64,000 bases of DNA from Ramazzottius varieornatus. Its lineage: Eukaryota; Animalia; Tardigrada. The position numbers and the translations under genes are program-made. Shown here in pieces: positions 53,648 to 64,000 of the stretch. The notes under the pieces were generated by a model, which saw only the letters and a list, made by a program, of their open reading frames with translations, ran no database searches and was not told where the DNA came from. The DNA lies in NCBI GenBank assembly GCA_001949185.1, contig BDGG01000001.1:5989591-6053590 (forward strand), read 5' to 3'. Position 1 is the first letter of the stretch; every line of letters begins with the position of its first letter.

Positions 53648-54069
53648 AATGTGCAAATTTTGACCGAGGCTGGCACTCGGCTTGAACGAATGGTTTCTGC
53701 CGTATGGTTGATTTTTCAGACTTTTGGTTACAAGGCGATCGTTAAACGAATTGTGCAACATGAATAATACTAGCAAGGACCACATCCCCGGAAAGGCGAG
53801 CTCAGTGCATGAACCTACATGCACGGGGTCTGACACAAATAGCGACAAGCGTGCATGTAGGTTCACGATAGAAGCCAGTCACACACGCATGCACTAAAAA
53901 TTTATCCGGTTCAATGCGTTGGCCAATGGCAACACGTTTGGCGACAACTCCGCCCCAAATACGGACATCACGTGGGTGGTCGCACATAACATTGCCCCAG
54001 TCTCCCTTAAGATCGTCTCGCTTCGCTCGCCTCGAATATAAAGCGAAGCAGTGTCTTTAACCGATATAC

Positions 54070-54186
54070 TACAGTACTGTAAAATAAAGAAATTGCTGGT
54101 TCTCCCGTGATCACGTGATGTACAACATGATTCAATGGTAATCAGTACCACGTGGTCACGGGATCGCAATTATTCCCGTACTGTGT
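54070..54186. mobile_element. Small degenerate MITE-like inverted repeat
   Basis: tacagtac…cccgtgatcacgtg / cacgtggtcacggg…gtactgt. Confidence 0.5.
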
Positions 54187-54250
54187 ACAGAAGTTGCAGG
54201 AGAGGTCACAAATGTAACATGAAATTAGGCGAGGTCAGCATACAGTCCTA

Positions 54251-54492
54251 CCTCCGAGATGTGACAGTTCCAACGCCCGATTTTGATTTTGGACGGTTCA
54301 TATTTTCGCCAGGCTGCCCACCACACTGTTCGCCCGAGACCGATCAGCTGTTCAGACGAACACTTGATTACTTGATCAAGTCAACCATGAACAAATCGTC
54401 GACCAGCTGATCGTGTTCCTCGACGTTTGGCGAGCCATCCCCTGCAAGATTGATGTTCGGTCGCAGAAGAAGCAACTGTCACATCCCGGAGG
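54251..54492. mobile_element. MITE with TA TSD
   Basis: TA-cctccgagatgtgacagtt…aactgtcacatcccggagg-TA. Confidence 0.8.
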
Positions 54493-56067
54493 TACAAGTG
54501 TAACGGGCTTGCCTAAAAGTCAGCCCCGCGCTCAATTATGAGCCATTGCCTTCACATGCTGCTTGGCTGTGATTCTGAGCCGCTGTCTATTGCTATGCTC
54601 ACGGAAAGCAGTGGTTACGTGTCATCAATCAACCTGCTAACGTCTAGCCTTGATTCGAAACGAAAGATCCGTACAGTCTCCAGGTTCTGTATGAACTTTT
54701 TGGCTCCTGCCTCTGACATTTTGTGCTTTACAAAGAAACACTGCTAGGTCGGTCAACTAAGATATCCAAAACACTGCGAATTCTTACCTTATTGCAGCCG
54801 ATGTAGACAGCCAATCAGCTGTCCATGCATTTGCGCTCGGTGCAATATTGTAGCCTAGTTCCTAGACCCTCAGTCAAATAGATCAAGTTGGGGTGGTCCT
54901 ATTTTCAGGATACTCCAGCAACCTCTGATTGTGTGGTCGGATAAAGTACTTTGAAAGTGGGCAGGGCCAACGGCGAGGACTATCTTTGTAGAATCGACAC
55001 TCATACTGCACCGTGGTCAACTGGCTATTACTGGTCGAGGACTAGAAGAACCCGTCAAAACTCAAAAGCCAGAACTTCTAGTCTGACTCCGCTCACGCTT
55101 GAAGTACTTTATTCGCGTACCCGGTAAGCCGACGACTTCGGCCTTCACCTAACGCTCGTACTGTGGTACTTATCCACTGATGAGTAGAGTGATTGGCCCC
55201 GACAAATCGGAAAATAATTGGATATCCGAGAGGCCTCGACATCCTCCTGCACCCAATGTCAGTAACCTTGACAGCCGACCTCTTGTCTTTGCGTTACCTA
55301 CAGTTTATTTTCATGTTTCAGGAAGCAGAAGAGCCTTTTCTTCAAAGCGTCGCATTGGTTTAACGTTGCAGGAACGTTTGTAGGTCCATTGATCGTAGTC
55401 GGCATCATGGAGATCGTGTAATCAGCTATCAGCAGTTCGAAAATTGGGGATGACGAAAGGCTGATACTAATCTGCTCTCCTTACAAGGGGATTACGCCAA
55501 CCATTAAATCCTAATGGTTAAATCGACTTCACAGGGAGATAGAGGAGAGTCTGACGCACAATTTAAGCTATATAGTTAGAGCGCATAAAAATCCTGGAAG
55601 ATATTGCGGGATCCGGAAGTAACGGGTCGCAGTCGCTGCAGTGACGTGAGCACTTTGATTGAGTGTCTTGGTTTGTTACGAGTTGCGCAGCCGAACATCT
55701 GCTTTGACATTCGGGTACAGAACGGCGAAGCATAACACGTTGGCAGTGCGTGATGGCGCACGATCAAGTTCCAAAGAGCTCAACAGCTGATCGGCTGAGC
55801 AATTTGTGATCAATCAAAATACTCACAAGGGAACGGAGGTGGCCATGAGAGTCTGAACTTCTTCCAACTTTTTTTGTCGAAAATACTCGGTCCTAGCTAC
55901 CGTTTAAGGGTACTCTCAGTTGCCACCGAGCACCTTTTGGCCAGGGAGCGAATTTCGGATGCGTGGAACCCTCTCAAAACCACTGTGGGACCTATGACTT
56001 CTCGATCGTCCGTGTGCGTTTCTTCTGCCGTAGAAGGTTTCAATCTGTCCAGGACGTGGCAAACAGA

Positions 56068-57505
56068 ATGGGTTTTCTGAACGACTCTGCCTTTACGCTC
56101 GGACAGAATCTGTCTTCACCGCACTTAGCTCGAGCAAATGAGACGGCACCATCACCATCCAGGATCGCATTGCAGATATGGGCGGCGGTCACCAGTATAC
56201 TGTCGATCACTGGAGCGTCAGCCACTGCTGTAGTAACCTTCACGGTTTGGAATGTGAAAACCGGATCGAGACGGCTGATCATCAATTTTCTTTCAATGCA
56301 ACTCATCTCATCGGCAGTCAATGTCCCAGCCGCCATTTACATGACAAGTTTGAGAACTCTCTGGAATGTTGATCCGCCTGACATATGCCCATTCTTCCAA
56401 CTTCATGACATGACAACAGAGCGTGGCATTGGCTGGGCCAACCTTTGTCTGGCCATCCATCGAATCTTCGTTGTTCGTTTCCCCATGAAATATCGTATGT
56501 TAATCAGACGTGGAGTTGTGTGGAGTATGGTCGTCTTTACCTGGATGGCTGCGATCAGTCCCAATATCCCCTTTTTATTCAACGTTGGACGACACTTCGC
56601 CGTGAATTCCGTTAGTAGATGCGGTGTGAAGGTCACTTTGATTTCTTTATACACTGCCGCAACTATGGTACCACTTGGACTCTCGGTACTGTCAGCGTTC
56701 TATCTCTCTTTCACATTGATACGCGTTCGGTTTATCGCCCACCGAAGAGTCCAACCACCGTCGCAACCCGGTATTTTCGGCTTGAGAAAGTAGAATGCGC
56801 GCCAACGTCTCCTACCAGACCTTTGACTTATTGCGACCACAATAGTGGAGCCTTTGTGTAGCAGAAGAGGTCAATAAACCAGTCAAACTGAGGTTGGGTA
56901 TACGCAGGAGACGTTGGCGCGCATTGCATACTGTACAGCTTTCGGGAGAAACTTCAGGCTTCAGCGCTGCGTCAAGACTGCTTGCAGCTCTGTCACAGTT
57001 TTGTGCGCTTTTCTTTTCCGTAGCGTGACGCAACATCTTCAAAACTCGTGAGTCAAATCTGACCCGAAAATGACTTTGAAAGCTTACCGTGGGCCTTTTT
57101 TTGATTCGAAAACCTGTTTTCAGCTGGTCCGGATTCAAATGACGAATTGAATCCGGAAATTTTCGCTTCCAGATTCATTTCATCATGTGACTAAGGCTAC
57201 TCCCGTATTAAACAGGTACTGTACATGCAGAGCTTGGGTGTGACAGAAGAAGACAGAGATCAGCACGGGCGTTGTTGGAAACGATCCTGATTGGCGTCAT
57301 TTGCCGAAAGACCTGGTTCATCGTTGGGTTGTACTATCCTGCTATCCTGATACGGTTCCCTGTCCTTTTGCTACTCACCCGGACTACGGTAATGGTGGAA
57401 TCCATACTGGCTGCGGTAAGCGACCTTGTTTTGCGGAACCGTCAAAACACCCCCGTACCGCTAGATTCAAGTCCTGTTGTTTGCAGGTCTTGGCTTGTTT
57501 CATGA
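56068..57505 (+). CDS. Divergent class A (rhodopsin-like) orphan GPCR, TM6-7 degenerate (possible pseudogene)
   Basis: Exon 56068-56770 holds N-glycan sites and TM1-5 (KTGSRRLIINF, ICPFF, LAIHR at the DRY position, FPMKY, TW). A phase-1 intron (56771-57215) joins RRRQRSARALLETILIGVIC…VESILAAVSDLVLR. Confidence 0.7.
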
Positions 57506-58654
57506 ACAGTAAATACAAACATTTGCTAATGGGCCACCTCTATGCCGTTCTGCTCTGCAGAATTCAAATAGCGTCACCAAATAAGAGTGTCACCCAGCCG
57601 GTTGCCCGCGCTCTTACCTGATCGCGACAAAGAGACCGGATTTTGTATCTCCGACGACCCCGTGTAGCTTGTCAAACTAGTAACGGTGTGCAGCCTGATT
57701 ATCAAGAAGGATTAGCTCGTAAGTGTTTCGAGACGGTTCCTATGTGCTTAATCCAGCGCAACACCCAACACTGCGCCAACACCGTCAGGTATCTCTCGAC
57801 TTCAACTAGCTTTTGCCTCGAGGACTACGCTGGAAAAATATCACTGACACAGTTCCGATGAATTGATGTAGTTTTATAAATTCTAACGATCTAGACACAC
57901 TAGTATGTTACCGGAGTGCTGCTTCCCGCAGCTTCCGGTTGCATTCCCAACGCCATCTGTCGGGTTCCAGAGTGGCGTACGTATTCCAGCTTGTACGGCG
58001 TTGTGCCTTGCTTCACAGCTAATCTCGCGTGCAAGGCCCGATGCTGACAGCCTTCCGAACTTGAGTTGCTTTCTTTCGCGGTTCAGAGCTGGTGGTTTTC
58101 GCAAGACTTCCGTGTTCTTACGGACTGAGACAACTTCCCGTAATATTGATCTTTCCATATTAGTGTTGCTGGTCCCTTATGTTGGATTCAGATCCAGGTT
58201 TCGAAGCATTTGGGTAATTTATGAGGTGTTAGGGGTCTTCTTGCCGGATGCACCCTAGTTGACGACAGTGGATCATCGTTTGGTTGGACTCCGGTGAGTC
58301 GCGTGCCTCTTCCTGTGCCTCCTCTTCTTCATGTTTTCTTTCAGCAACGTAGCCAGAGTATGTCAGGCAACGCTGAACATGACTTGAGAAATCGATAGCT
58401 TCTCGTAGCTAACATTTTCACTGTAGCCGTGCGCCGCTTTATCGAGATGGCTTTCGGTCAACAGCGGGGCAACGAATTATACACAGTGCTACTTCACATG
58501 AACTGACAAGGAACAGCGGTAGACAACAACGGTATAGAGCTGATTCGTTCCGAGATATGGTTCTCCAAACAGTCCCGAATCCTTCATCCAGGAAAGGCCA
58601 AAGTCTCGGACGCTCGAACCGACACGTCGAACTTTCAAAAGTCTTTCAGGCTGC

Positions 58655-61600
58655 CAGTGTTGTACCAGTTCTCGAACTGGAACGCTATGACGGCAGTTCT
58701 TTTATCAGTTCCTATTCCAGTTCCGGAACTGGGATAGGAACTGAAATGATTTTCGAGAAACTAAAACTGGAATCTAACGAACTGAAATAAAAGTACTGGA
58801 ACTGGAACAGGAACTGGAACTCGATTTTCGGGAAGTCCAGAACTGAAATTACCGATCTAATTTTCGGTTCCTGCCGAATTGTCCACATTGAAGTTAAAAC
58901 GCCACCAATCTGATAGAGCATCTCAAGACCTATCCTGACGTATATGCGGACTACTTAAGAGTGGAGCAACAAGTCAAGGAGCAAAAGAAAGCTACAAGGT
59001 AAACGCAACGTAGTGGTCATAGCAGATTTTGCGCAACGTATCGGTCATACTTTGCGGTATGCGATGGCAGCACGTGAAGCATAGGCTTTTGTACCGCAAA
59101 CAGACCGCAGTCCGGGGTACGGTATTGATGAACTGCGGTATAATTTCCCAGTTTCATTTCGCGCATGGTCGAGCTTACTTTACTTGTATTCTATTACGCA
59201 CTAGAGCACTACGATTACTTGTCCAACCAAAACTTCATACCATTTAATCAACACGGGATTTTTAGAGGTGAAATTATTAGGAAATCCCCTACGTATGATA
59301 CAGCTCAATAGAAATTTTTTCCACAAGCAAAAAGGCCTGATCAGTTTAAGACGGATTCCGCTGCGGTGATATCCGAAATAAAAGAAAAGTTCGGAGGGTC
59401 TTCACTGCTTGAACCTCTTCGACGAAAAACTGATCATCGATGCAGGCTCTGCAGCCTTCCGCTTGCTGACTCTGCTTGCTTTGGCATCTCTTGCGGAGAG
59501 TTTTGCGGCAGCCTTCGCCACCGCCTTCGCAGCCTTGACCGCGGCCTTTCCCACTGCTTTGGCTGTTCTTTCCGCTGCTTTTGCAGCTTTCTCTGCTTCT
59601 TTTTCTGCTGCCTTCGCAGCCCTGGTAGCCACCTTTTCCGCTGCTTTCGAAGCGACTTTTTCCCCTGCTTGTCTTCCTGCTTTCTCTGCTGCGTTCGTCG
59701 CCTTCAGTGCTGCTTTCTTTCCTAGATTCTCAGCTTGAATCATTTCTGCCGTTTTCACGATTTCGTCTGACGTCACCATAGCTCCAGATGTTAGATTGAG
59801 CATGGTGTTCTTTTGCTTTCGCTTCTTCTTCGGGGCGTCATCCATCAACGACTTCGCCAGTGCACCCGCAAGCACCTTACTGGACGTAGTGCCTTTTTGA
59901 ACATTCTCGACACAGTCCCTTACTTTTTCATGATGAATATCGGACGTGATGCCGTATCGTCTGCGCAGAAGCTCGAAAAGTTCTTCATGATCTTGGCCTG
60001 GCTCAATTTGGCGGATTCTGCTTGCATTTACAGTCGGATCGTTGAAAAGTTTGACGGTGCCTCTAATGGTCTCCGGACTGAAGGGAAACAGGCCACAACG
60101 TGCAAAGCCAGACTGCAGTGTTGGTCCTACGTTGAACGCGAATCTTTCGAGGCAACCTTCTGTTTTGAACCCCAAGATAACGAGGTGAGAAAGGAAGTTA
60201 TCTTTTGTGACCTGGCGGAAATTAACATTATCAAGCAAAAGCCAGAACTCGTACAAACAAGTCATCTGGTAAAATAGGGATTCTCTACGCACCATTCCGC
60301 CTTTCGCACGACGATCTCGAAGATAATCGGCCCACTTTTTCTTTATTGGACCAAAAGATGAGACATCGAATGGCTGCAGACGACATGTTTGGCCAGCTGG
60401 GAAACAGAACACCTCCACTCGTGTCCCCGTCTCCTCGAAGAATTCGCGACAGTATCGGACGAGCAGCAGGTTATTTATGTGGCTGAAGTGACCGTCCGCA
60501 AATATCACATTCTGCAAGCACAAAGACCAAATAACTAACGAACCGCTCATTTTGATCATGTGAAGTGTGACGCCACAAATATGGCAGCTTAACCATCGTG
60601 CCGAATATGACGTCATATGCAACAGTATGAGAGCTTACCTTCATGGACGTCATTGCCGGAAACACAACCTTTTTGATGTAATTTGCGAAGATCAACTGGT
60701 CCATGTAACCAGAATCATTTACCGCTTGATAACACATGCTGTGGGTATCTCCTAGTCGTGACTGGAGGTGCAGTTTTCCCGCGTACAAGGCTAAGAATTT
60801 CAGCTGGAGTCCGCCTGCATTTCCACAAGGTAGTACTGTCACACATTCTTTCGCGTTTCCGTTGTACTGTGATGGAATCTGCTTCATCCCTTTGATCCCC
60901 ACGACTTTATCGAATAGTTCGGAAGCCTGGAAAGCAGTTTCGTCCAAGTTCCAAACTTGCTCAGCTGAATCGAGGAATCCTCCACTGTTCAACACTTGTA
61001 ATTTGGAGATATATTCGTCGCAGACTTCCATAGTCCAAGCGCGATCCTGTTTCCGGTTGGAAGCGTGAGTTATTCGCATCGATAGCTAGTCATGCCGTTT
61101 CAAGAAGTTCCGGAATGAATTGGCGTTACAGGTCGTATTCTTCAGCCCTGAAAACGCTTGAGAAAAATTACCCAAAATACCGACTCAATCTGTGATGCAC
61201 ACCCTAACTCACCCAACTCAACTGCAATTTGGGAGAACAACTGGTAACAGTGGTAGCGATTTAGGGGAATCCCGATAGTGCAGCAAGCCTCAAGTAGTTC
61301 AGACAGCTCTTTTTCCACTCGTGAAGGAAACTTCGTTGGACCACCGCATCTTTGAGCATGGGGAATTTGAAGACGTCGTACCAGCGTTGTGCGCGCTACG
61401 CCAAAGTACCGTGCAGCAGATCTCTTGCTGATTCCTGAATCTTTTACTGCAGAGATGGCAGAGTCCATCAGCTCCTTGCTGACCTCAGCAGCTGTCTTTA
61501 ACTTAGGTGAAGCCATTATGAAATAACATGGACAAGCAAACTTTGAAGGATTCCTTTATGAATTTTGGCAAAGTCGTATCATCTTACCGAACAAGGAAAA

Positions 61601-61895
61601 TCGGTTCAGTATACGTCAGTAACAAGGTTCCGACGTAGCTGTACCGGGTTGCACTGTATAAACCATATGGATGACGTCGCTTCAAAGAGAAGAACGCGCC
61701 TACGCAGGCGCCTCTGGTGGCCTGTATTAAATTTTTGTCGTAGGCTCTTTAACTCAGTTCCCGTTCCGGAACTGGAACTGGAGTAGGAACTGATATTTCT
61801 CCCAGTAAACGAGAACTGAAACAAAAAACTCGAGATGGAAGTTCCGGACCTGGAATAGGACTGAAACCCCCCAAAACAGGAACTGAACAACACTG
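58655..61895 (-). mobile_element. 3241-bp DNA transposon with CAGTGTTGT termini, GGAACTG/CAGTTCC subterminal arrays and an 8-bp TSD, carrying a pogo-type transposase
   Basis: Flanks CAGGCTGC (58647-54) and CAGGCTAC (61896-903). Termini cagtgttgtaccagttc / gaactgaacaacactg. Confidence 0.85.
59402..61516 (-). pseudogene. Spliced pogo/Tigger/Fot1-like transposase (HTH_psq, CENP-B HTH, DDE_1) with one premature stop
   Basis: Exons 61516-61213, 61147-60639, 60511-60293 and 60211-59402. Triad WNLDET / FADGHFSH / LQPFDVSSFGPIK. In-frame TAG at 61088-61086. Ala/Lys-rich C-terminal tail. Confidence 0.88.
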
Positions 61896-62404
61896 CAGGC
61901 TACAGGGCAGTCGGCAAGCTGAATACAAAGTTTGCATGTCGCAAATAAGTTTGTTCGTCGGAGGGCCATTTCTTTAAAGTTTTCTCTGAAGCGATACTCT
62001 GACCATAGTGTCAGTTTTTTTACGCAAGTTATGACTGCCCGAAGCAAGACTATGTCTGCAGTGATGTGATCGGCAATCAGCCAGCGGCCGTTTTCTCCAG
62101 GCTATACGATCGTGTTTTTGTAGGCAGAGCCAGAAGTTTCCATGACAAATACAACGGACATAATATTACGTACCATTTCCACTGTGCGCTGAAACACTGT
62201 GTAACCCTTTCTGATCGACAGAGTGTTAAGGGCCGTCTAAGGGCTGTCTAAGGCCGTCAGACCCTTTTCGCAGAATTTTTCATTGTAGGAATTTGCAGCA
62301 TGCATGTCGTTCGGTGAACACCATTCAAATCCGAGGTACTTTGGGCGAGATTTGAGGGTGCCGGTAGATTTTCGAACTCGGCATGGGCACCGAGTTCGAC
62401 AACG

Positions 62405-63108
62405 TACCCATCCGGGTTATCCGGTTAAATATTCAAGTTAAAATTTTTCATTCGATCGAAGCTAAGGTGGAAGGTCTATCTGCACGACCTATTTCTTCAT
62501 CGTCTATTGCATGTTCGACACTGTCTGACTGATTCCAAGAACGTTTTTGGCTGCTCATGCTGTAGATATGTGACTGCCTAACCTCCGGACTATAGCCCGT
62601 CAAAGGTAATGGGTGGATAATAAACAGTCACAATTAATAACACGATCGAAGTGAAAACAGGGCAGTGTAATTAATTGGGCTTCCAGTGCCATAAAACACT
62701 GTAAAAATTTGCTGCTTCGGCACAGTACGCCCTCGTTTGTGACACCGCACCCTCGTAGTTGTACGTATTCGTAGTCGGTAAAATCGGACGGGGACTGTCC
62801 TTCACTTGTACGGTGACGCGCAGCGCCGACACAGCGAAATTTTCACTCAGAGCCGTCCATATGTAGGGCGGATCCTCATGCTTGTTTCAGGGAGACAAGT
62901 TGGGTTGTTCTGCTTCGATTGTCTGAATGTGTCCAAGTACGCTTTATCCGGATAAATTTCGGATGGATAAAAGTATTATTCGGGTTACATCCGGACGGAT
63001 AAGAGTTCCATCAGATTAAGAGCTGGATGGATAAAAATCTCATCCAATCTGATCCGCATACAGCCGGATAAATCCGTCGTGGATGCGTAATCATCAATAG
63101 CATCTCTA
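62405..63108. repeat. Degenerate element with ATCCGG/GGATAA subterminal repeats, resembling 39918-40444
   Basis: Clusters of atccgg/ggataa at 62410-62430 and 62944-63085. Confidence 0.45.
62699..62848 (-). mobile_element. Diverged MITE family B copy
   Basis: Aligns by eye to the reverse complement of 35275-35418 (ctgtaaa…gctgc…cagtacg…cttcacttgtacg…cagcga). Confidence 0.6.
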
Positions 63109-63538
63109 CACCCAGGATCCCCTAGTGCGGTAAATTCTGGATCTACTTTTTTTCCCATGGCAGTTTTTCGATGTTATTCTTTCGGCAAGCATAGCGCATA
63201 ATTCGTGACATTGTCTAGCAAAGTAATTACTTGGGCGAGCTTTTTCTCCAGTGTTCCTAGTATGCACGAATGTTTTTGACGTTTACGGTAGTGACCACTG
63301 CAGCCCGTAACCGCAGCGACTCATGGAGACAAAAACACAGATAACCGTACGCAGTCACAACTGCGACGTAAAGGATCCTCCAAGACCTTTTTCGCTCTGA
63401 ATGAATCAGGTACTCTGCCATCTTTGACTTGTGTTGAAATCCGGCACACAAGGAGATTCCAGTCGCGTAGGTCACTAAAGAGGCGAAGAACTAAGCTAGT
63501 TTTCTGGTGCCTTCAGGGTCGAGCGGGTTGTGGTGCGG

Positions 63539-63961
63539 ATGAAGACGCGGAGATACAATCAGGATCATAGCTGCGTATTTCGCAATTCGGCGGGCTTTGT
63601 GGAGCTACGGTTCCTTTAATTTCGTGAACGTCACCCCAGCCCGAGGATCAAGTTCGCTGAGCAGTGAAACCAGTCTTACAGCGATCAACTCTTCGCCAAG
63701 CATACGAGTCCGTCTACTGACTCCTGTGGTCTATTCCTCCATCATTCTGGCGACTTATTCGACACTCGGTCCAGGCTTTGATCTGGCTTTAGAGACGTGA
63801 AGACTATATTTCCAAAGCTGAAGATCACGAAAGAGATTATCCGCGTTGATACCTCCGACTGTCAAAAATGGAATGACGAAGTTGTAAACCTTGTGGCTGC
63901 AGCGTATTATAAATCAACTCGTAAAGATGTTTCTAATAACGAAAGAGAAGTGTACCCGGAA
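63539..63961 (+). pseudogene. ANF-receptor-type gene copy 3, exon 1 (frameshifted; continues beyond the window)
   Basis: IRVRLLTPVVYSSIILATYSTLGPGFDLAL/DVKTIFPKLKI…SDCQKWNDEVVNLVAAAYY parallels exon 1 at 41094. There is a 1-nt frameshift near 63793, and the upstream ATG is out of frame. Confidence 0.75.
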
Positions 63962-64000
63962 GTAAGTTCCTGGCTATAATATCCAAGCACACAGTTTCAC

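Noticed and set aside
57880-58640. Minus-strand charged peptide fragments
   Set aside because: Interrupted by stops with no identifiable family, so a gene call cannot be supported.
59366-59738. Ala/Phe-rich and Cys-rich + strand ORFs
   Set aside because: They are antisense shadows of the transposase Ala/Lys tail.
61086-61088. Programmed readthrough of the transposase TAG
   Set aside because: A single nonsense mutation in an ageing copy is the simpler explanation, and there is no evidence without other copies.

Overview
Eukaryotic, gene-dense animal genomic DNA with short GT-AG introns (mostly about 40-90 nt) and one assembly gap at 7578-7728. The gene families present (ANF-receptor-type ectodomain genes, a divergent orphan class A GPCR, an inactive astacin) and the compact introns suggest a eutardigrade such as Ramazzottius; that assignment is inference. 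The first 26 kb is mostly conserved housekeeping genes: an SLC25A29/45/48-type mitochondrial carrier, RhoU, RSPH14, cystinosin, a SLIMP-like degenerate mitochondrial seryl-tRNA synthetase paralogue, RPL27 and a TIS11-type CCCH protein, plus a small ICK/knottin peptide and a Gly/Pro-rich secreted protein. From 27 kb to 64 kb the window is accessory and fast-evolving. It holds three decaying copies of an ANF-receptor-ectodomain gene (one with no cyclase domain), a Cys-rich secreted protein, an Ariadne RBR pseudogene with a MITE at its catalytic Cys codon, an LRR-ectodomain receptor tyrosine kinase, a Cys-rich peptide, a catalytically dead astacin fused to a hemopexin-like domain, a GPCR and many MITEs. 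It also holds a 3.2-kb element with hAT-type ends and an 8-bp TSD that encodes a spliced pogo/DDE_1-type transposase. All exon models were read by eye and no database searches were run.
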